Under the pieces are notes generated by a model that saw nothing but the letters and a program-made list of their open reading frames with translations, was not told the origin of the DNA and made no database searches. Below, piece after piece: positions 26,231 through 35,690 of a stretch of DNA of 64,000 nucleotides; within the stretch, counting starts at the first letter, position 1; every line of letters begins with the position of its first letter. The stretch is from positions 44 through 64,043 of the forward strand of contig JBCCHL010000002.1 in NCBI GenBank assembly GCA_039028775.1, read 5' to 3'. The DNA is from Pseudomonadota bacterium. GTDB taxonomy: Bacteria; Pseudomonadota; Gammaproteobacteria; Pseudomonadales; Azotimanducaceae. The position numbers and the translations under genes were made by a program.

Positions 26231-27915
26231 AGCGCTACATTCGCATCCTTTGGGCAGTCATCGCGGTCGTGATTCTAAGCGGCTGTGGGGGCGGCGGTGG
26301 TGGCAGCTCGAGCCAGCCAGCAGCTGCGACCCCGCCCGATCCACCACCCAGCGGCGGCGATGGCGGCGGCTCCAGTCCGCCGGTGGATCAGGACCCACCT
26401 AGCGGCGGTGACGGCGGAGATTCGAATCCGCCCGCGGATCAGGAGCCGCCCAATCCGACGCCCGATGCCGGTGGCTCACGCGACACCCCTACGGTCGATA
26501 ACACCCTGGGGCTGGTATCCGGCGCGGCTGGGCTGGCGAGTGGCTCCGGCGTGGATGGGGTTGCATTGGTTGGCGTCAGCGGCACGGGCCTGGCCGTTGG
26601 TGTGTCCGGTACAGGTCTGTCCGTCGGCACCATTCAGAGCTTCGGCAGCATCGTCATCAACGATGAGAGTCTGGATACCGATACCGCAAGCTTCACGATC
26701 AGCGGCCTGGCGGGGAGCCAAGCCGAGCTGCGCCAGGGTCAGCATGTGCTGATCATCGGCGACATCACTGCCGGCATCGCTGATGCGGTGATCTACCGCC
26801 CCAACATCGTCGCCCGCCTTGACAGCTTGACCATTAAAGACGCCACCCTGGGGCTGGCCACAGGCAGCGCTCTGGCCCAGGATCTGGAATTTGACGCCGC
26901 CACGGTCTACGAGAACACCGAGTTTGAACTGCTGAGTGCCGGTCTGCACTACGAGATCAGCGCGATCGTCGAACAAGGGGGTGGCCTGCGGGTGACCTTC
27001 ATTCGACCGACCAGCACCGCAGATCTCAGGCTGGTCGGTGAAATCGAGAATCTGGACGACGCCACGTTTACCTTGAATGGCCTGACCGTCGACGCGGACA
27101 ACGCGAGCCTGATCGACTTCGAGGACAACGAGCTGGAAGAGCATGATGTGGTGGCGGTGGAGATCGACCCCAACAGTTTCAACGTGGAGACCGCGACCGC
27201 CACCGCCATCTCTGTGACCCTGCTGCCGAGGGTGATCATCGGCCAAGACGCTCCACTCAAGGTCGAAGGTCTAGTGGACAACTTTGTTTCCGCCACCGAA
27301 TTCAGCGTGCAGAACCAACCCATCACCACCAACTCAAACACCCGGTTTTTTAATGGCGAGGCGGAGGACATCGCGCTGGACAGTCGCCTCCTCGTGATCG
27401 GTAGGGTCGATTCCACCGGCACGCTGCTCGCCCAGAGGATATTCCTGGAAGCCAGCGAGAGCATTTTTTTGGTGGGCATGATCGAGGCGATCGATTTGAC
27501 CCTGCAGACCATCACGGTGTCGAGCGTCGTCTTCGAGGTCCGCGCGCTGACCGATTTCGACGAGTTTGAGGACTTGGACGAATTGCAGGTCGGCGACCTG
27601 GTGAGTGTTGTGGGCTATGTGGATGGAAGCGCCAGCGTGGCCGCGGAGGTCGAGCTGTTGGATCAAGAGGAGGATGACGATGAACTGCGCGGTCCCGCCG
27701 TCAACATCGATGCGGCGGCGGGCACCTTCACGATTTTAGGCGTCGACATCACCACCTCAGCGGCGACCACCACCTTCGAGGCGGATGAAGATCCTCTCAC
27801 TCAAAGTCAGTTCTTCGCCCTGTTGCAGCCATTCGACTTCGTCACCGTAACCTGGGCGGAAGGCGCGACCACCGCAGACATCGCCGAATCGGTGTCGCTG
27901 GATGACGACGACTGA
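26227..27915 (+). CDS. DUF5666 repeat lipoprotein
   Basis: Lipobox LSG-C, Gly/Pro linker, about six ~65-aa beta-rich repeats (G.I...d...F.v.G..v....t.f...L..G..V.V.G), very acidic; overlaps the DUF6502 stop. Confidence 0.78.
   Translation: MKRYIRILWAVIAVVILSGCGGGGGGSSSQPAAATPPDPPPSGGDGGGSSPPVDQDPPSGGDGGDSNPPADQEPPNPTPDAGGSRDTPTVDNTLGLVSGAAGLASGSGVDGVALVGVSGTGLAVGVSGTGLSVGTIQSFGSIVINDESLDTDTASFTISGLAGSQAELRQGQHVLIIGDITAGIADAVIYRPNIVARLDSLTIKDATLGLATGSALAQDLEFDAATVYENTEFELLSAGLHYEISAIVEQGGGLRVTFIRPTSTADLRLVGEIENLDDATFTLNGLTVDADNASLIDFEDNELEEHDVVAVEIDPNSFNVETATATAISVTLLPRVIIGQDAPLKVEGLVDNFVSATEFSVQNQPITTNSNTRFFNGEAEDIALDSRLLVIGRVDSTGTLLAQRIFLEASESIFLVGMIEAIDLTLQTITVSSVVFEVRALTDFDEFEDLDELQVGDLVSVVGYVDGSASVAAEVELLDQEEDDDELRGPAVNIDAAAGTFTILGVDITTSAATTTFEADEDPLTQSQFFALLQPFDFVTVTWAEGATTADIAESVSLDDDD
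26338..26450 (+). repeat. Intragenic 51-bp (17-aa) tandem repeat in the DUF5666 linker
   Basis: PPSGGDGGGSSPPVDQD / PPSGGDGGDSNPPADQE; a further 9-aa repeat GVSGTGLAV/GVSGTGLSV at ~26572-26625. Confidence 0.8.
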
Positions 27916-27964
27916 CCTTTGTTCGGAGGGGGCGATAGGAAGACGTGCGCGGTCAGGGTGAGAC

Positions 27965-28618
27965 TTATTCCACCATCCGGCCGAAGAGTATGCGCACCGT
28001 GTCCTCAACGTCAGCGCGCATCGCCTGTACCGCGCTGCGCGGGTCGTTGCGCTCCCTACCAACCTCCGGCCCGGGCTGCATATTGAGCAGCAGCGAGGCG
28101 ATCCCGTGCACCCCCGCCCAAATGGCGCCGCCAAGGCGCACGTCCTCGTGGGGAATACGTTTGGCGGCGATCAGTTCCTGCTCGCAGCGTCGCACCTCCA
28201 TATAACAGGCCTTGGCCGCGGTTTGCAGACTTTCATAGGCGGAAAAGTCAGCCACCACCCCACCGAACATCAGCTGATATAACACCGGATTCTCCAGCGC
28301 AAACTCGACGTAACTCACCCCCATGCCGATGAAACGCGTTTCGATCGGCGCGTCGGATTCGACAATGCTGCGCACCCGCTCGCGCAGTTCGACAAACCCC
28401 CGGGTGGCCAACGCCGCAAGCAGGCAGGTCTTGGTCGGGAAATGTCGATAGGGTGCGGTCTGCGAAACCCCGGCTTGGCGTGCGAGCAAGCGCAGACTGA
28501 GGCGCTCGGTACCCTGCTGGGCGATCTCTTCAATCGCGAGTTCCATGATGGTCGTGGCCAGATCACCATGGTGATAGTTCGATTTGCCCGCCTGACCGAT
28601 CTTCGCTTTTTCTGACAT
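27965..28618 (-). CDS. TetR/AcrR regulator with WHG-type C-terminal domain
   Basis: YHHGDLA...LSLRLLARQAGVSQTAPYRHFPTK; IWAGVHGIASL; ATG 28618 (the ORF-track extension to 28909 overlaps the divergent gene). Confidence 0.9.
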   Translation of the reverse strand: MSEKAKIGQAGKSNYHHGDLATTIMELAIEEIAQQGTERLSLRLLARQAGVSQTAPYRHFPTKTCLLAALATRGFVELRERVRSIVESDAPIETRFIGMGVSYVEFALENPVLYQLMFGGVVADFSAYESLQTAAKACYMEVRRCEQELIAAKRIPHEDVRLGGAIWAGVHGIASLLLNMQPGPEVGRERNDPRSAVQAMRADVEDTVRILFGRMVE

Positions 28619-28697
28619 GTTCTTCACCCACCTTCGGGCACCATTATCCCCTGGATTCGTGCTGGGACATATACCTTGCCCGCAGTCTAACAGATAG

Positions 28698-28759
28698 ATG
28701 TTGACAACGAGTACATTAGTGTTACGATTTTTCCCATATGATGTGTGCAATGAATACAT
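28698..28759. promoter_or_regulatory. Two ATGT-N11-ACAT boxes (candidate TetR operators) overlapping a sigma70-like promoter
   Basis: ATGTTGACAACGAGTACAT (28698-28716) and ATGTGTGCAATGAATACAT (28741-28759); TTGACA-N16-TACGAT at 28701-28728. Confidence 0.55.
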
Positions 28760-28838
28760 TAATCGGCAAATAGCAGGTGAAGGCATGATTGGTGACTGCA
28801 AATTGATCCGCAACAGCACACCGCGCAGCGGTATCTCG

Positions 28839-29948
28839 ATGCGACACTTCTTGTGGCTGGCTCTGCTCACCACAACCACCGCGGTGCAGGGGCAGATCAG
28901 CGCACCCATCCTGGTGCTAGAAGCCAGTTCGGGTTACGAAGCGACCCGCCGTTACGCCGGCGAAACGGTCCCCGGCCGTGCGACCGAACTGGGCTTCAAA
29001 CAGGCCGGTCAGGTGTCGGAGGTGTTGGTCGATGTGGGTAGCAGGGTGACTGTCGGTGAGCCCCTGGCGCGCCTGGACGCCCGCACCCTCAAAGCCCAAC
29101 TCGCCACGGCGGATGCCGACATCGCGGTCGCCAAGGCGGCGGTGCAAGCGGCCGGGGCACAACTCCTCCTCGCGCGCAACAACGAGCGCCGCCTGCACCG
29201 CCTGCGCGAGACCGGGCATACACCCCAACAACTGTACGACGAGGCAAAGCTCGCTCTCGACGTCAAACTTGCCGATCGCCAGGTGGCCAAAGCACAATTG
29301 GCACGGGTCATCGCCAGCCGCAATATGGCGCAGATTGCGTTGTCCGAGGCGGTGATCTATGCGCCCTTCCCCGGCACCATCCAAAGTCGCTACCTCGACG
29401 AAGGCACCCAGATCCTGCCGGGCCAGGCGGCCCTGCGGCTGGTAGCCACCGACCAAGTTGAAGTCCATGTCGGCATCCCCAGCAAAATCGCCGCCACTCT
29501 GCTGACAACAGGGCGCATCGAGCAGGCTGATAAGAACTACCAAGTGCTGTGGCAAGGGCGCGAACTCACCGCGCGGCTGCGCAGCGTCCTACCGGAGATC
29601 GACGCCACCACCCGCACCCAGAAAGCGGTATTCACCGTCACCGCGAACGACCTCCCCCTGGGCGCCGTGGTCGAGCTGACCCTGGCTAACTTTGTCTCGC
29701 AACCCGGCTTCTGGGTCCCATTGGCGGCATTGGTGGAAAGTGAGCGCGGTTTGTGGGGCGCATATGTCATCGCGGAGGACAACACCGCGCAACGCCGCCT
29801 GGTGGAGATCATCCACAACAACGGCGAGCAGGTTTTTGTACGCGGCACGCTGCAGGCGGGCGAGCGGCTCATCCGCGACGGCGTGCACCGCATCGTCCCG
29901 GGACAGGCGGTGACCCCGGCCGGGATGGAGGTCGCCCATGCGCGCTGA
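28839..29948 (+). CDS. RND efflux periplasmic adaptor (MFP)
   Basis: GQVSEVLVDVGSRV..GEPLARLD, IYAPFPGTI, coiled-coil hairpin; start is 28839 or 28785. Confidence 0.9.
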   Translation: MRHFLWLALLTTTTAVQGQISAPILVLEASSGYEATRRYAGETVPGRATELGFKQAGQVSEVLVDVGSRVTVGEPLARLDARTLKAQLATADADIAVAKAAVQAAGAQLLLARNNERRLHRLRETGHTPQQLYDEAKLALDVKLADRQVAKAQLARVIASRNMAQIALSEAVIYAPFPGTIQSRYLDEGTQILPGQAALRLVATDQVEVHVGIPSKIAATLLTTGRIEQADKNYQVLWQGRELTARLRSVLPEIDATTRTQKAVFTVTANDLPLGAVVELTLANFVSQPGFWVPLAALVESERGLWGAYVIAEDNTAQRRLVEIIHNNGEQVFVRGTLQAGERLIRDGVHRIVPGQAVTPAGMEVAHAR

Positions 29949-32900
29949 CAGCTTCTATACCAATCCGCGCCTCACCCTACTGTTCATACTCTTTGTTATT
30001 ACGCTGGGCGGGGTCGCCTTCAGCAGCCTGGCACGCCAGGAAGACCCCACCATGACCGAGCGTTGGGCGGGGGTGAACACGTTCCTACCCGGAGCGACGG
30101 CGGCACGCATGGAGTCCCTGGTCTCTGAGCCCATCGAGACCGCACTGCGCGAGATTCCCGAGATCAAACAGATCGAATCCACCTCTAAATCCGGCCTGTC
30201 CGTGGTTGGTGTGGAGCTCTACGATCACATCGGCGCCGACCGCGTGGACGCGATCTGGTCCGAGGTGCGCGACAAACTGAGCGACGTCACGGCGACTTTG
30301 CCGGCAAGGGCCACAGAGCCTGAGCTGACCATCCGCAAGCCCCTCGCCTCTACGCTGATCCTCGCGGTGGGTTGGAATCAGGATACCCCCATACAATTGA
30401 ACATCCTCTCGCGTGTCGCTGAGAGCCTGCGTCTGAAGCTCGCCAACCTACCCGGCACCGAGATCGCGGAGTCCTGGGGCGAAGCGGAAGAAGAACTGCT
30501 GGTGGCACTCGATCCGCATCGTTTGAACGATGCCGGTCTGACCCCGGCACAGATCGCCGAGCGCATCCGCGTGGCGGATACCAAGTTACCCTCGGGGCGC
30601 GTGCGCGGCCCGGCGGCAGATCTGCTGGTAGAAGTAGATGCGGAACTCAGCGGCATCGAACGCATCGCCCGCATCCCGCTGGCGATTGGCACAGACGGCA
30701 CGGCTCTACGCTTGTCGGACCTGGCCGAGGTGCAAAAGCACCGCCTCGAGCCCGCCAACTCCGCCGCCTGGCATGCGGGGGAACGGGTAATCCTGGTCAA
30801 CGCCAAGATGCAACCCGGCCAACAGATTGCTCAGTGGATGCAACGTGCGGACAAAGTTCTAACCGCATACCGCGCGACGCTGCCCCGCGAGATCAGCGTG
30901 GAGGTGGTTTACGACCAGGCCGTATACACCTCACAGCGTATGGACAGCCTCGCGACCAACCTCACGTTTGCCTTGGTAATCGTGCTGTTGGTCTTGATCT
31001 GGTTTATGGGTTTACGCTCGGCGATCACCGTCGGCATCGCCCTACCGCTCTCCGCCGGCATGGTGCTGATCGGCATGCAGTTCATGACCATCCCATTGCA
31101 TCAGATGTCGGTAACGGGCTTGATTATCTCCCTCGGCCTGTTGATCGACAATGCGATTGTCGTGGTGGAAGACTACAAGCTGAAGCGGGCGCGCGGCGCG
31201 GACGTTCCCCAGGCAATCAACGCCGCCATCCGTCATCTGCTGATTCCACTGGGTGCGTCCACCGCCACCACCGTGTTCGCCTTCATGCCTATCGCACTGG
31301 CCCCTGGCGGGGTGGGAGACTTTACCGGCACGATCGGGGTCACCGTGGCGCTGTCCGTGGTCAGCTCGTTCGTGCTGGCGATGACCATTGTCCCGGCCAT
31401 CGCAGGTTTCATCGAGCGGCGCTGGCCGCCGCGGGGCGCGAGCACGCGTTGGTGGACAGGCGGCTACAGGAACGCACAGCTGACGGCGGCATATCGCCGC
31501 TCCATCAAACAAGTGCTGGCACGGCCATCCCTGGGCATCGCGATCGGCTGCGTGCTGCCGCTGATCGGTTTTGCCCTAGCCCCCACGCTCACCCAGCAAT
31601 TCTTTCCACCAGTGGATCGCAATCAATTTCAGGTGCAGCTGGCATTGCCCGCATTCACCTCCATGGACCAGACCCAACAAGTGGTCGCACGCGCCGATGC
31701 GGTACTGCGCTCCGACCCGCGCGTCACCGATAGCTTCTGGAGTATCGGCAAGAGCGCGCCACGGGTGTTTTACAACATCATCTCCCTCAACGAACGCGTA
31801 CCGAGCTTTGCCTCCGCGTGGGTGAACACCACCTCTCCTGAGGCCACCCAGGCCCTGCTGGTCGATATGCAGGCAACGCTGAGCACCGCTTTACCCGAAG
31901 CTGAAGTGCTGGCCATCCCGTTCGAACAAGGGCCGCCTACCAACGCCCCGGTCGAGCTGCGCATCGTCGGCCAGAACCTCGACACCCTGCGCAGCAAGGG
32001 CGAAGAATTGCGCCGCATCCTCGCCGGCCTGGACAACGTGACCTACACCCGCGCTACCCTGTCGAGCGCGGAGCCCAAGCTCACCTTCATGCCCAATGAA
32101 AACGCGGCGGCGCGCGCGGGGATGACCACCGGCGAACTTGCACGCCGCCTCAACAGCGCTCTGGCCGGTGAGCTGGCCGGCACCGTCCAGGAGGGGAGTG
32201 CCGAACTTGCGGTGCGCGTGCGCCTCGCTGACGAATTTCGCAACAGCAGCAACGACCTCGCTACCCTGCCGCTGCTGAGCAGCGGCGGTGCGGGCATCCC
32301 GCTCGATCAACTGGGCGAATGGCAGTTGGTGCCGACCGCGACCGCCATCGACCGCCGCCAGGGGGATCGTCTGAACACCATTCAGGCTTTCCTGGTGCCC
32401 TACACCCTGCCCGCCTCCGTTCTCCAAAAGGTAGAGCAGGCGCTGGTCGATGCCAACTTCGCGCTGCCACCTGGCTACGCGCTGCAGTTCGGCGGCGAAG
32501 CAGAGGAGAGCAGCGAATCGATGGGCAATCTCGTGTCGGTCTTCATGTTTTTCGTGCTCGCGATGGCGGCGGTCGTGGTGCTTTCCCTCAACTCTTTCCG
32601 CGAGGCTGGCCTGATCGGACTGGTCGCCGTCCTGAGCTTTGGCCTGGCCTTGTTCGGGGTGCGGCTGTTCGGCTATCCATTCGGTTACATGGCGTTGATC
32701 GGCTCGTTAGGCATGATGGGCCTGGCGATCAATGGCGCGATCATCGTCCTGAGCGCATTGAAGGCGTCGCCAATGGCCCGCGAGGGAGATCCTGACGCCA
32801 CAGCCGACGTGGTGGTCAACGCCACGCGCCACATCGTATCGACGACCGCTACCACGATCGGCGGGTTCGTCCCGCTCATCGTCGACGGCGGTACGTTCTG

Positions 32901-33084
32901 GCCACCCCTCGCCACCGCCATCGCCGGTGGGGTCGCAGGTTCAGCACTGATCGCGCTCTACATGGTGCCGGCGGTGTTCCATACGCTGCATAGGCACAGC
33001 GACGCCAGGGAGGCACTCTCCCCCTCGCTCCTGCCTGCGGAGAGCGACCCCAGCAGCCCGCCAACACTGAAGTTATCGGCCTGA
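29938..33084 (+). CDS. RND efflux permease (AcrB/AcrD/AcrF family)
   Basis: 1048 aa; GLLIDNAIVVVE, INGAIIVL, TTATTIGGFVPL; 12-TM layout with two large periplasmic loops. Confidence 0.93.
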   Translation: MRADSFYTNPRLTLLFILFVITLGGVAFSSLARQEDPTMTERWAGVNTFLPGATAARMESLVSEPIETALREIPEIKQIESTSKSGLSVVGVELYDHIGADRVDAIWSEVRDKLSDVTATLPARATEPELTIRKPLASTLILAVGWNQDTPIQLNILSRVAESLRLKLANLPGTEIAESWGEAEEELLVALDPHRLNDAGLTPAQIAERIRVADTKLPSGRVRGPAADLLVEVDAELSGIERIARIPLAIGTDGTALRLSDLAEVQKHRLEPANSAAWHAGERVILVNAKMQPGQQIAQWMQRADKVLTAYRATLPREISVEVVYDQAVYTSQRMDSLATNLTFALVIVLLVLIWFMGLRSAITVGIALPLSAGMVLIGMQFMTIPLHQMSVTGLIISLGLLIDNAIVVVEDYKLKRARGADVPQAINAAIRHLLIPLGASTATTVFAFMPIALAPGGVGDFTGTIGVTVALSVVSSFVLAMTIVPAIAGFIERRWPPRGASTRWWTGGYRNAQLTAAYRRSIKQVLARPSLGIAIGCVLPLIGFALAPTLTQQFFPPVDRNQFQVQLALPAFTSMDQTQQVVARADAVLRSDPRVTDSFWSIGKSAPRVFYNIISLNERVPSFASAWVNTTSPEATQALLVDMQATLSTALPEAEVLAIPFEQGPPTNAPVELRIVGQNLDTLRSKGEELRRILAGLDNVTYTRATLSSAEPKLTFMPNENAAARAGMTTGELARRLNSALAGELAGTVQEGSAELAVRVRLADEFRNSSNDLATLPLLSSGGAGIPLDQLGEWQLVPTATAIDRRQGDRLNTIQAFLVPYTLPASVLQKVEQALVDANFALPPGYALQFGGEAEESSESMGNLVSVFMFFVLAMAAVVVLSLNSFREAGLIGLVAVLSFGLALFGVRLFGYPFGYMALIGSLGMMGLAINGAIIVLSALKASPMAREGDPDATADVVVNATRHIVSTTATTIGGFVPLIVDGGTFWPPLATAIAGGVAGSALIALYMVPAVFHTLHRHSDAREALSPSLLPAESDPSSPPTLKLSA

Positions 33085-33168
33085 TACCATCGTCCGTCTT
33101 CCGGCGCGCTTGATCCGTGCCGGGGGACTGCGCATAGTGCTCAAGGAGTATCACCGAGGGGGAATGCC

Positions 33169-34173
33169 ATGGCGGAGCAACCGAAGGCGGACACCGTGCG
33201 TCTGCAGGCGATGTCGCGGGCATTCATCAGCAGCGCGGCATTGTTCGCCGCCATCGATCTCGACCTCTTCACAGCCGTGTCGCAGGGGGACAACACCCCG
33301 GAGCGTTTCGCTGCCCGCCACGACCTGTCCACCCTCAATGCCGAACGCATAATGACGATGTGCGCAGCGGCGGGCTTGCTCTCGTGGCAGGACAACACCT
33401 ACGTTAACGCACCGGATGTCGAACGTTTCCTGGTGGCTGGGGAGGACCGCTACGCGGGTGCCTGGTTGCAGTTTATGCGCCCGCACTGGGCCCAATGGGG
33501 TGACCTCACAACAGCGCTTGCGAATGCCGACGACGCCCGGGTGACCCCGCGCTCGGTTGTGGGCATGACGGTCGAACAGGCGCGGCGCTACCACGAGGCT
33601 ACCGCCAGCGTCGGTTTCGGCGCGGGTCGGCGCTTTGCGCGCGATGTCGATCTGCACGGCCGTCGCAGCCTGCTCGACCTCGGCGGCGGATCAGGCGCCT
33701 ACTCGATCATCGCGACCGAGACCTATCCCGGACTGCAGGCGCTGATCTTCGATCTGCCCGCGGTGGTTGAGGTCACCCGTGAGTTTATCGCCCGCCACGA
33801 CGCCGTGGATCGCGTCAGCGCCATGGCGGGCGACTTCACCCGGGATCCGTTCCCCACATGCGACGCGATCGTGATGGCCAGTAATCTGCCGATGTACGGC
33901 AGCGCCGTCATCCAGGACGTTGTCCACAAGTCCTACGCGGCACTCGAACAGGGTGGCGAGATGCATCTCGTCGGCGAGATGCTCGACGATGACAAAGCCG
34001 GTCCAACCGACGCAGCGATTTGGGGTCTTGCTGAGGCGCTCGCGAACAGCACCGGCCGCGCTCACACGCAGAGCGAGTGCGTCGGCTATTTCCAACGCGC
34101 GGGCTTTGTTGACATAAGTATCCACGCGTTTATCCCAGGGGTATTGACCCGGGTCGCGGGCTACAAGCGCTAG
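33169..34173 (+). CDS. SAM-dependent O-methyltransferase (class 2, dimerisation + MTase domain)
   Basis: LLDLGGGSGAY, FDLPAV, AGDF... Confidence 0.88.
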   Translation: MAEQPKADTVRLQAMSRAFISSAALFAAIDLDLFTAVSQGDNTPERFAARHDLSTLNAERIMTMCAAAGLLSWQDNTYVNAPDVERFLVAGEDRYAGAWLQFMRPHWAQWGDLTTALANADDARVTPRSVVGMTVEQARRYHEATASVGFGAGRRFARDVDLHGRRSLLDLGGGSGAYSIIATETYPGLQALIFDLPAVVEVTREFIARHDAVDRVSAMAGDFTRDPFPTCDAIVMASNLPMYGSAVIQDVVHKSYAALEQGGEMHLVGEMLDDDKAGPTDAAIWGLAEALANSTGRAHTQSECVGYFQRAGFVDISIHAFIPGVLTRVAGYKR

Positions 34174-34175
34174 AC

Positions 34176-35678
34176 CTACCCCTGCTGGTCGCGACGATCG
34201 GCCAAACGCGCCTGAATCTCCTGCAGGCGCTCGCGCGTCAGCGTGTAGCGCGACATCATCCAGATCGGGATGACGAGAAATACATTGACCAACACGCCAT
34301 CGGTCAAGGCCAGACGAAACAGCTCGTCCGGCGCAGGCACGGCCTTGCTGCCCGGGCTCATGCCGACAAAGAACTGCAGCAAGAGACCGCCAACGATGAT
34401 GCCAAAACCGGCCGTCGCCTTTTGGGAAAATGCCAGCGCCGAAAGAAATACACCCTCCTGCCGATAGCCGACCAGCAGTTCCTGCTCGTCCACCAGATCG
34501 GCGATCATCGATGCGAACAGGATGCCAGCGATGGTGCTGAAAAACGCCTCCACCGACACATAGGCGATGATCACCACCAGCAGTGTGGTCTCTCCGTTCT
34601 CCGGCAGGATATCTGCAAAACGCAGGCAGACTTTGAGGATACCGAGGACCATGCCCGCTGCCAGGCAAGTGATCACCACATGGTGTTTCTGATAACGGCT
34701 CTGCAACAGCGGGATCAGGCCGAAGGCCGCCAGTGGACCGACCACCACAAAGGCCGCAACAAAGCTCAGATCTTCCCCGCGCAGGCCCCAGAAAAACGTG
34801 GTCATGAACACATCGAACACACCGCCCACGCCGATCACCACAAAATAAAGCATCGTCCCGAACAGAATCAGGCGGAAGTTGGTCCCGCGCAGCGCCAGAA
34901 TCACCGCGTCGAACAGCATCTTCAAGTGCACCTTCCGCGCCTGCACGGGTTGCAGAAAGTACGGAATTTCCCGGCGCGTCAGATGGGCGGTCAACAAACA
35001 CCAGAACGTGCACAGAACGCCCAGCAGGATCGCGAATGACTGATAGTTGGCGGGATTGAGCTGACCCTGGACGTATTCATCGTTACCGGCAAACACGACC
35101 GCAAACACAGACACCGAAAACAGAGTACCACCCACCCAGCCGACAATGTGTCGATAGGTGACCACCGCCGTGCGCTCCTGGTAGTCGTCGGAGAACTCGG
35201 CTTGCAGCGCACTCCAGGGTACGACAAAAGCCGTAAAACTGAGATGGGTGGCAACGGTAAAGAACAGTAGCCACGCCATCAAAGCGATCTGCGACAACGT
35301 CGCTGGTGGCGCGAACAGCGCAAACACCGTCAGCCCCATCGGCAACGCGGCCGCGTACATCAAAGGGTGGCGCCGCCCCAGGCGGGATTTGATCTGGTCG
35401 GAATAAGCGCCGATCAGAGGATCGGTCACCGCGTCGACGATCAGTGCCAGGGCGAGAATTCCGGACGTAAAACCTGCGGGTACGCCCAGAATCTGGTTGT
35501 AGTAGAGCAGCAGAAAAGTGGAGAAGGCGAACGTCTTGTGACTACCGGGCAGGGCTCCCAACCCCTGGTAGATCTTGGTGCTCAGCGGCAACGGCCCGTC
35601 GCGCCGCCGCGCACGCCGGTAGACGGTGTCTCCCACATTCACATGGTCGAACTCGGATAGCTCTGCCAAGGCGATCAC
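34176..35678 (-). CDS. MFS transporter, GPH (MelB-like) family
   Basis: DAVTDPLIGAYSDQIKSRLGRRHP, PWSALQAEFSDDYQER, SMIADLVDE...RQEG. Confidence 0.88.
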   Translation of the reverse strand: MIALAELSEFDHVNVGDTVYRRARRRDGPLPLSTKIYQGLGALPGSHKTFAFSTFLLLYYNQILGVPAGFTSGILALALIVDAVTDPLIGAYSDQIKSRLGRRHPLMYAAALPMGLTVFALFAPPATLSQIALMAWLLFFTVATHLSFTAFVVPWSALQAEFSDDYQERTAVVTYRHIVGWVGGTLFSVSVFAVVFAGNDEYVQGQLNPANYQSFAILLGVLCTFWCLLTAHLTRREIPYFLQPVQARKVHLKMLFDAVILALRGTNFRLILFGTMLYFVVIGVGGVFDVFMTTFFWGLRGEDLSFVAAFVVVGPLAAFGLIPLLQSRYQKHHVVITCLAAGMVLGILKVCLRFADILPENGETTLLVVIIAYVSVEAFFSTIAGILFASMIADLVDEQELLVGYRQEGVFLSALAFSQKATAGFGIIVGGLLLQFFVGMSPGSKAVPAPDELFRLALTDGVLVNVFLVIPIWMMSRYTLTRERLQEIQARLADRRDQQG

Positions 35679-35690
35679 TCCCTCTTAGAG

